A DNA stretch of 64,000 nt. Origin: Antedon mediterranea. Taxonomy: Eukaryota; Animalia; Echinodermata. This document shows positions 25,224 to 64,000 of the stretch, in pieces. The stretch lies in NCBI RefSeq assembly GCF_964355755.1, contig NC_092670.1, positions 12,014,795-12,078,794 of the forward strand, in the 5' to 3' direction. The stretch's first letter is position 1. Each line of letters opens with the position of its first letter. The translations under genes were made by a program, and so were the position numbers. The notes under the pieces are model-generated. The model was not told where the DNA came from, ran no database searches, and saw only the letters and a program-made list of their open reading frames with translations.

Positions 25224-28200
25224 TTTATTGATAAGATATTTTATTTTGAAATACAAAAATGGTGCATTTTTTGCATCAGATTCAATCTCATAATAGAACA
25301 AAAGCCAGAAGAACCTCAGATTAAAATTACCTCAGCAACTCTGCTCTTTTGTTTTTTTTTATGAAAGAATAGGCCTATAAAATGAATGCTGAATGCACCA
25401 TTACGAAGTCTTTAGGACGCCCCCTATCGACTCATGTCAATGACAGAAACCTGCTGATGACAAAATGGAATTTCTTGGTCCTCTACTTTTAGCAAGAACT
25501 TGTATTTTACATTACTTTGAACAAAGTTTTATTTACAATACAAAACTGCCAACATATATCATATTTACACTTCATACAGATTCATTTCTTGTCAAAAGAT
25601 TTCTTGTAAAACATTTTTTTTTCTGTACACAAACTTGAAAAAAAATCAATGTTTAAATTTATCAACCTGATTTTTCTGCTATAGCGGTACAAAAGCTGGG
25701 AATGGAATATACTATTTATATAATCAGTTATTTTTGCTATATAACATATTTTTGCTATATAAACAGACGTTATATATTATTACATAATTATATAGAATTA
25801 TACTACAATACTATATAAAATAACTAACTGTAATAAACTATTTTTACATATGACAATATGTTACTTACATAAAAAAGTTTCTTTATCTTTGCTTTAATTT
25901 TCCCCCGAAAATAAAGAAACTATGAAAATTAAAGATACGTAATGTAGTAAAATCATGAATATTTATGACCTACACAAAAGGCCCAAATTAGTGAGTGGGC
26001 CACACATAACATAGTTATAGAACCTTGCCTCTCATTGGCAGAAAACAAAACTAAAATCCCCTGGTTAGAGCAGGGAGTTGGTTAGAGCAAGTTAAAGTAA
26101 AATCTGTTACTAGGTTATGTAACCAATTACTAAACTTAATTCTGTTATACCATTACTGACTAGTCTTTACATTTACATTTGAATACTGGATGAAGAAAAT
26201 AAAACATATTACTTTTATAATTAGTAGAAAATAAAATACAAGAGGTAATTAGTTATATTAGTTTACTGAATTGAAAATAATATCTAATAATAAAAAGCTC
26301 TCCACAACCACACACCTTATTTAGCCCAAAATTGGGAAAAGTAGAAGTGTTGCAGGGGTTGCCAGAGAAGAATAAGAAGGTGGGTAAAGACATGTTTTGT
26401 ATAGAAATATAGAGCAAATTAATTTAGTTATCACATCTTAATTAAAATATTTATACAAAATGAGGCATAGAATATATTCAAAAAGAAATACTACCATAGG
26501 AAAGAAGATTAATAAGTTTGCAGAGGTAATTTTTCTATATAATATGTGCTCACATACAAATTTAAATTATTAAAATGAGAAATTAATATTTGCAATTATA
26601 TTAAGCATTATCCAGTAAACATTACAATACATTAAACAATAACAGTATCAAATATAAAAGTTTAAATTAAAATACTGTTTTAGTGTATAATATGGTGAGA
26701 TGATAGCAACTGTACATAGGTGGTTACATAAAGGACTTTACAATATACTACTGGTACAAATTCGACGAAGGAGTAGAGCATAAAAGCCATCTGCACATGC
26801 TCAGTTTGAAAAATTCTTATTTGGTGTAGTTACAAAAGCTATCACAAAATTGATTTAGTTTAGTAAAGTTGTTGAGCTTGTGTACTGTCTCTTGTACATC
26901 GTTATTTCATAGCCTTGATTTCATATAAACACACTATTATAGTAGAAAAACATGGCAAATTCATAAAGAAAAATTACCAGATATTGAAACAAAAACACAC
27001 CAAAATGTTTGATAAAATCAAAAGGTAAAAATTGTCAGTTCCAGACTGATGAGGCGTTTAATGGTTTTCAATTTCTAAAGAGTATAAAAATGGAAGTACA
27101 ACCAGAGAAGAGTGAAATTACCACTCTTCCCTGGTACAACAAATAAATAATTAATTGATATCACATTTCAAAAACCCTGTTAAATATTTCATATATGCGT
27201 TATTTACATTGTAATTATATGATGTGCTTTTAATATTTCAACACAGCAGCCTTTCTAATATTTACTGTTAAAAAAATAATTTCTATGAATGTTCAAGAGA
27301 GGAAACATGATGAGTTGTATACTTTTTCATTACTAAAAAAAGAAGAAGTGATTCATTGAGAGATTAATTCTGGAAATTTGTTTTTACATTAGTGTTCAAT
27401 GATCTTGTGAAGGAATAAAAAAAATCTTCTAGACATCAAGTAGTTGATAATTTTAAGATTTAAATACTGTAATACTGTACTGTAAGACTGCCTCATAAAC
27501 TTTGTTATTGAAACAAAGTGAAATCATATTTGATGCAGTTGAATAAGGTTGTTACTGCAGTAACTGAAGTAGAATAATTCTGATATGATCCCATAATAAA
27601 ATACAATTGATGAACTATCCAAATTGCAACAGCATTTGTTCTTGTTGAATTTTATTATATTTAATTTAGTTATTTATTAATCATTAACTTAGTTAAGAGT
27701 AATCTAGGCCTTGATGATTTCTTCTTTGATACATTTGTGTTTATAATCATTTATATAGAAGTCTAGTAAACATAAAAATAATAGTATGCTCCACTTTAAT
27801 AGCAAAGAAAATATATGTAACAATCATTAAAAAAAGATTATTGTTTTAATTTACAGTATCTTTTATAATTAAGGAATATATCAGAAGAATGAGCAATCCA
27901 CGATTTTTGCATTTGAACAAACAGTGCTGTCAAAATCAACCATGTGTTGCCAGCATGGTCTATTCTTTGTCATTACAGCAATGTATGTGGCAGCCTATCC
28001 CATAGGAAACCATTAGTGTTAATTACAGGGAAAATCATTGAGATTATTTATTCTTCTGGTAATTATTTGTATTAATAAAAATCATTTATAAAAATCATTG
28101 ATAAGCACCTACAAAAATATTAAAAAATACAAAATAAACCTTAACTGAAAATATACATTAATAAACTAAATAATATTAGGTTTAACCATTATTATTACTA

Positions 28201-28611
28201 AATCATTTAATTACGATACAATAATTAGGATTTATTAGAGACTGAACTGAAAATATCATTTACAGTACTTTATCTCAAGGCTCTGTTGTTGATTGTTGAC
28301 ATTTATGCCACCTGTTTACCTGATTTACATACCTAGAAGACAGAAATTCAACCTCCATACCTGTATGAAGATATGAACCTGTACATGTGGAAACACTACT
28401 GATAAGTCGCTGAAAAGTTGCTGTGCAGTCAAGCATTACGAATGTTCAGTCAAGCATTACTCATGTTCTGTCAAGCGTTACTAATGAGTCTGAAGAATCC
28501 TGGTTGTTATTCAGTCACTTTCTTTTTAACGAAAAGAATACTTTATAAGCAAACCATGCTGCATTTGATTAAATTATTCAATGTAAATCGGGTGTAAACC
28601 AGCAACCTACC
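25224..28611 (-). other. Probable long AU-rich 3' UTR of Par-3 with polyA signals near 25224-25245 and 25528
   Basis: No coding exons and few TEs seen; tttatt on + (AATAAA on -) at 25224 and 25240. The end point is inferred. Confidence 0.45.
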
Positions 28612-57748
<29,137 letters not shown>

Positions 57749-57920
57749 CTGAAAGACAAAATTAGATACATTTATAGCATTTTGCAGACAACCAGCAACA
57801 TTCCTGCTCTTCAAATTTTTTTTAACTGAAAGAGTAGACATTCAAGATGTACTATCTCCCCCCCCCCCCCAAAAAAAAAAAAATATGAAAAATGAATATA
57901 ATGTACTGTAATGTTGTTCT

Positions 57921-58075
57921 ATTTATATAGCGCTTATACAATCAAAAGATTGTCCCAAAGCGCTGAGAAAAAACAGAAAGAAATTACAAAGAAAAAATAT
58001 GAGTTTTTATATTAGTGTTTTGAAAACTATGATAGAGGATGCATTTTTAATAGGATCAGGAAGATTGTTCCACAG
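57921..58075 (-). mobile_element. 3' end fragment of an L2/CR1-group LINE
   Basis: Minus strand reads LWNNLPDPIKNASSIIVFKTL, followed by an AGCGCTTTGGG...AAGCGCTATATAAAT stem-loop tail typical of L2 3' ends. Confidence 0.7.
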
Positions 58076-58924
58076 TTTTCAATTTTAATAAAGTTAATCA
58101 ATTCCATAGAAAAAAAAAATGTTTAAAAAAATATACAAAAACATTTAAAAAATTATTTTTTCAGGTGGGGAAAACATATCTTTAAGCCTTTAAGCATACA
58201 ATCAACACAATTATCTTTAATTAACTACCAGGTTGCAAGATGTATACAAAATACTACAGCCTAAACAGAACTTAAATTTATCATTTTATACTATAGTAAT
58301 GTACAATACAAGTGTATCCTTATCTTTAAATACTTTAACTTGGAATTATTACAAATTAAAATATTGCAACATTTTAAAGGAAAGTAAAATAAATGTTTCA
58401 ACTAAACATGACAGGACTATAAATCATGATTCACTGCATTATGTATCACACAAACTATTAATCTGTTCTTGAACTTTTGATGAGGTCAGCACATTATTCT
58501 TGGAAAAAACTAATAATTTTGTTCAATTTAAATTTAAAATACAGCTAATAACAGAATATTACAATTATTCTAAAAAAGTTTTGCATTTACGTTGATTCTT
58601 TTTTTTATCATATTTTTTATTATTATCATATTTCGGGTATATTAAGAAAGGAAAAATTACATCTACTGACGATATGTGGAAAACCTTCAGTAAAAAGTGT
58701 ACTACTATTTTTCAATGTATAATTATGCGAGAACACAGGTATGAAGTCTTCAACAGGAAGTGACGTAGTAAAAAAAGGTGAAATCCATTGTTAAAATACA
58801 AATATTGAAAAGGAACTTTTCTTAAACAAAGTTTTTATATTCAGTATAATAAAAGTAAATAAAAACATTGAAATACAGTTACATATACAAAAAAAAAAGA
58901 AAACATTGTTAGAAAAATTATCTA

Positions 58925-59084
58925 AAGCTCTGTCTACACTATCAAAGTACTATTGACAAAAAAAAAGTGTGATGTGCCTAAATATGATTGTTAGTGATAT
59001 GCTTAATTATGGTAGTGATATGACATCATCTGGAACATCACATGTTTTTGTCACAAGTTTGATAGTGTAGAACAGATAGGGCTT
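58925..59084. mobile_element. MITE family B copy
   Basis: AGCTCTGTCTACACTATCAAA ... TTTGATAGTGTAGA, same internal TGTGATGTGCC repeats. Confidence 0.7.
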
Positions 59085-62000
59085 TAGAACATTCTTGTTG
59101 AATGTTTTTGTTGAAATATGGTGATGGCTGTATGGTATTTCAGCTACAAACTAATCATCACCTTTGATGGAATAAACCAATACATGAGTTTAGACAAGGT
59201 GACTCACTGGCAATGTGATCTATTCAACTCTCTCTCTAATTCATTACAACAATAGATCACAGTTCAAATACAGTAGCTTATTTCACTTTAGTACAATTGT
59301 ATGGTTAATAATAAACAGTGTAGTGAGACCATTGTATTTCAACAAATAGAAGCAGATAAAACAAATTGTCTTTTGAGTACTAATAGTTAAACAGTATCCT
59401 TTGAATAAATGTATAAAAGATATACAACTATTACATTCTAATAATACATCTGTTGGGCAAAATTAACATACTGTACATGATGACAAAGGCTGAAGGGTAT
59501 TCCTTTATCATTATTGTGTCCTACTGTACATATCTACATGATGTAAGCTTAGCATTCGAGTTTAAACATCAGACTAGCTATATATACTGTACATACTTGT
59601 TTAAATAATAATCTCTGTATTAATTTTTTTTTTCAGATGCACTAGTGTGATCGTTATTGACTAATTAGCTAATAATAAAAATTAAATTGAAATGCCAAAT
59701 TATAATTGAATAAAAATAAGACAAAATCAATCAATGAATCATAGTTCATAAATTAGTTAAATCCATTTTTTAAATGTAAAATTGTAATATATTACACTTG
59801 TATTTTTGTATACCTAAATACTATCACTTTCTATAGTCCAAATTGTTTTTTTGAGCTTGTCAACAAAACACATTTCCTTACTGCTGTACCAATTAAGATT
59901 CTGAATTCTGTATCAAGCTTACTGTATGTCATGATGATGATGATGATAATGATAATGATGATAATGAAAACCAATATTAATTGTGATGATACTGATGATG
60001 ATTAAATGATCATGACAATAACAGTTTTGTGACAAATGACAGTGGTGAAAAAGATATAATAAATATGTATGAAAACAAATCACAAACATTTGCTATGGCT
60101 ATGCTACAGATACAGAATCAAAACCTATTATATGTGTTGGTAATGGAGTAGACCTGACTACCTATTCTAGATAATATATATTACTATATTTAATACTAAA
60201 TTAATACTACAGACCATACAGCAGTGAACATCTGTAGTAGTAAAATATAAACACAAACAAACAAACCTTCATACTGTTTTTCTCGTAGACTAAAAACAAA
60301 ATTCAAACAACAGTTTTACTCACAACTTGAAACCTAGGTACAACCAACATGACTTCAACTGGCCAAATGAACCAAAAGTTTTCAATTAAAACTACAACTG
60401 CATGCACCAATCTCTTGAGACATTCATTCAGACGCATAAATCAATTCGGTTCTTTTAAAGATATGCTCCATGGTCCCACAGAAAGGAAAATGGCATTCAC
60501 TTCAGATGATAGTGTTCAGTGAAGGCAACCAGAACTTGATATTCAATACCCACAAGCTCAATTTCACTACTACATTGCTTCTAATTGGTCTACTCCTGAC
60601 CTTGGGTTTAATTTCATGATGCTGTTGACACCTGACTTGTGAGCAGCCTACCACTGTCAACAAGACCATTGAAGCAGAAGAGTATAGGCCTAGGTCTATC
60701 TACAACAGGTGGGCTAGGGGTACAGGTCAAACAAGATTCAAATTAGTCTCTTTTTACAATATTTTATCTATGACAAATTGCTTTTAAGGTTGCCATGGAC
60801 ACCATTGATACACTCATTGAAGGTGTACATTTTTTACTCAATCTATCTATATAACAGAAAATAAAAACAAAAACTTTTTTCAGGGGGACAATATATCTAT
60901 AAAACAATTTTTTTTTTGTATTGTCATCATCATATTTTCTGTTTCTGTCTATGACTGTATTCTTTATTAGTGGATTTGAGGGGATGGATAACCTTGGCTA
61001 ATTCTAACACTAACTTCCTTGAACATCAATACTTCTCTTGTATTAAAAAACACACAGGAGAATTTTAACTATTATTAACAAACAAAGCCTATCTATTCTT
61101 GTACTGTATTTTTATACCTGTAAAATTTGACAAAATATGTACTGTTATGAATATAGGCGGATTACACCATTGTCCAAAGAGGGAGACCATGGCGTTTAAA
61201 CATATTTTCAAACAATAAGTAGTATTTAACGGAATGTTCTACTAATTATAGTTCATTGACACTAGGATTAGGATAGCATCAATTGTAAGGATTAAATTAT
61301 TATATTTTTGTCACGTTTACACCATTGTATGGGGATGAATAAAAATAGATGTCTCGTCTCCCAAAAATGCACTAAATAAAATGTCATTGTCAACTTAGTT
61401 TGTAATTTCATGACTTTATTTAAATAGGATGAAATTGCAACACATGTCAGGTTGTTTTATGATCATACAATACTGTATGTCAATTAAGACAAACATGGAA
61501 TATGGTACTGAACGTATCAATGTGGTTTTTAATTATAACACTCTTTAAAAATTGTAACTCAATTTGAAAATCATGAGAGAAGAAAAATGTCATCAAAAAG
61601 AAATGGTACACTACTGTGTAATTTGTACTATAACAACCTGTTATTGTACTGAAGTACAGTACCTTTAGGTACAGGGGAGAATTAGTAGTATTGGCCATTT
61701 AAAGATAATATCAAAAAGTCATTCACAATTTTATTTAGCCGTCAAAAGGGGGAGCATGTGACCCACTGGATCCGCCCATGAGGTACAGTAGAAGTAATTT
61801 ACCATTATTTAATAAACTTTTGACAGTTCAATTTCTACATGGTACCCACCAAACCCCAAATGCACTATTATATATCAGGGAAACATTTTATTTTAAAATT
61901 TTTTTTAGTAATATTGCTATAATCAAACTGATTTTTTAGTCGAGAAACATAGTTTTGTATTGTCTTTTTTGCTACACAATTTTAGAAATGTGTAGCAATA

Positions 62001-63272
62001 AGGTTGTTTTGTATAGCTTTTTGCTATTCTACACTGGCGAAATTATTCCCTGTATATAGAGTCTTATCCTGGTGGTTTTATTTTTCCAATGGGTTTTTAG
62101 CCAGGGAATTGTTTTTGCACAAGAGTATAGCACTCCTTCGTGAAACCGACTAATGTTGCTTCATCGAAATATCAATCAATTTATGACATTTCTTCCATTA
62201 GTCTATCAAAAGAAAATCCCTTGTCCTTTTAACTACCTTTTGATTTACCCCAACAAAAATCAACATTTTTATACAACAGATGTTTCACTGGTACAATTTT
62301 TATGCAACTTATCTGACCCTCCTCGACAAACAGGTGGGTAAATGTGAAAAACAATCTAAAGATTATTGCCATTATTTACTTTATTCTTCTAATTTACTTT
62401 CTTCTAAACATTCAATTTCTCACACATCGTTGCTCAAGACATTAACAGTGCTTTCTTCTACCAGAAGTAGAGATAAGTCATGTTAGGTTTACAGGTATAT
62501 GGAAGCACTGATTGAGAAGAATAAGTGGGTACACCACCACCACCCACTGCTTAGCCTGTTAATATGAGAAATCTGATATTGAATGTAGCTTCTCATGGCA
62601 TTCCTTTTTAAAATCAAACTACTTTTTAATTACTTTCATTCTATTTGTTTACACAATTAAAAACCGGATACATGTCAGCCAAGATAAACACACCCGTAGT
62701 TCAATCAATGGGGTTGTGCTTCTTGGAAATGAGTTTAGCTTAGTTTAGATTGGAAAGTTTAGGTAGATAGACTCAGAGTCACTGTCCAGCATATTATATG
62801 CATACAAGTTTAGACTCTCTACCAATCCAATCACATTTTACATAGGAGCAAATTCTTTGTTCCTTGTCGACACTTTCCTATTGAGATCAGATCTGCTTAC
62901 ATACAGTACTTTGAGATGTGCACACCCCAACAAAAAGACTGCAAACCTTGAAACGAGAAACTTCATGCGAATACACTTAAAATGTTACAATAATAATTGC
63001 ACTTTTTTAGATTTGTGTAAACTGTAAGATTGTGTGTGTTTTTAAAATGTGTACAACAAAACACTACTTGTTTGATCATGACACTGACATTAAAGTACCA
63101 AGACAGTTAACAAATGTGTAACAAATATTATTAAATTATTATTTTTTACTATCTAGAATTAGATTATAATAGATTCAACTGAAAATATAGTATGTATGTA
63201 AGACAGTTTATTATATCAGCTGGATAGATTACTGTAGATGTGCATAGAGTATGTGAGCAAGGATTCAAATTT

Positions 63273-63622
63273 ATATACGGCTTTACCACGTTGAAACACC
63301 GGTTCTCGTCAGATCACTGAAGTTAAGCGACGTTGGGCCTGGTTAGAGCTTGGATGGGAGACCATCTGGGAATAACGGGTGCTGTATACGGAGCTGGGGT
63401 CCCGTTAGGCATTTGAAATCAGCACTGCTGACTCTTATGGCAGCCCCTGCATCTAGTATCTGCCTCAGACCTCTGGTCAAGGTGGGCACTGGACGAGAGA
63501 AGCCCTTGATCAATGTTAGGACCAATCAAGGTGCTTTAAACAGTCCTGGCTTTGTTTGTATCAAACCTGTTAGTGGCGGTAATTATCGCTGTTGGTTTCG
63601 ATTAAATAAAATAAATAAAAAT
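63273..63622 (+). mobile_element. 5S rRNA-derived SINE (SINE3): 5S head 63273-63389, ~210-bp body, (AAAT)n tail
   Basis: Head closely follows 5S rRNA (TACGGC..TACCACGTTGAAA.CACCGGTTCTCGTC.GATCAC.GAAGTTAAGC...TGGATGGG.GACC..CTGGGAATA.CGGGTGCTGTA). There is no T4 terminator after the head, followed by a non-rRNA body and an A-rich tail. Confidence 0.8.
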
Positions 63623-64000
63623 ATTTTTTACATAATAACCAATAGCGTAACTGAACATACTGTACTCACTATATTACCACTCTTTTTAAACACATTCATA
63701 ATGATATTAATATTGCACAGTATCAAAATAAAAATCCATAGTATTTAAGCAGAGTAAAAAAAATATTAACATAAAGTAAGTAACTTTAGAGAAATCATTT
63801 AAAATAAGTACTGCAGTGTAAATAAATCATTCTCAGAATATATATAATATTGCCTTAAAGACAATTGACTAAAAAAAGTGTGTACATGTATAGTACCTGT
63901 TACAACAACCATCGGTGATAGTACAACTAACTACTAGAGGGATTTACTGTACTGTAGATTTAGAATGTTGTTTAGAACTACACAACATAATGAGTGAGTT

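Noticed and set aside
63273-63389. Functional 5S rRNA gene
   Set aside because: Single copy with several substitutions, no T-run terminator after the 3' end, and it continues into a SINE-like body and tail.
63343-63748. ORFs 63350-63748 and 63343-63525
   Set aside because: Chance ORFs over the SINE.
57750-64000. Canonical Par-3 CR1 exons (MKVTVCFG..., GGILD.DD)
   Set aside because: Searched by eye and not found; presumed to lie beyond the window.

Overview
Strongly AT-rich metazoan genomic DNA with spliceosomal GT-AG introns, probably from a marine invertebrate deuterostome such as an echinoderm. That taxonomy is an inference from a bursicon-beta-type exon, a Par-3 with vertebrate-like motifs and abundant TAGGCCTA. 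Three genes are supported. (1) The last coding exon of a bursicon-beta-type cystine-knot hormone subunit (+, 10170-10319). (2) A 6-exon uncharacterised gene of about 356 aa (-, 20069-23763) with a Cys-rich hydrophobic segment and a P/Q/Y-rich tail carrying LPSY. (3) Par-3/PARD3/Bazooka (-, 28612-57748), with 21 phase-consistent exons reconstructed by hand covering PDZ1-3, the aPKC-binding CR3, Par-1/14-3-3 sites and a 1.3-kb charged exon; its N-terminal CR1 exons were not found and probably lie beyond the window. Non-coding DNA holds many non-autonomous DNA transposons (including a triple nest at 1.0-2.5 kb), a 5S rRNA-derived SINE, an L2 LINE 3' end, TIR elements with tRNA-like cassettes, 26-31 bp hairpin insertions with 7-bp target duplications, and tandem repeats starting at splice donors. 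No prokaryotic or CRISPR system is present. All calls are by eye; no database searches were run.
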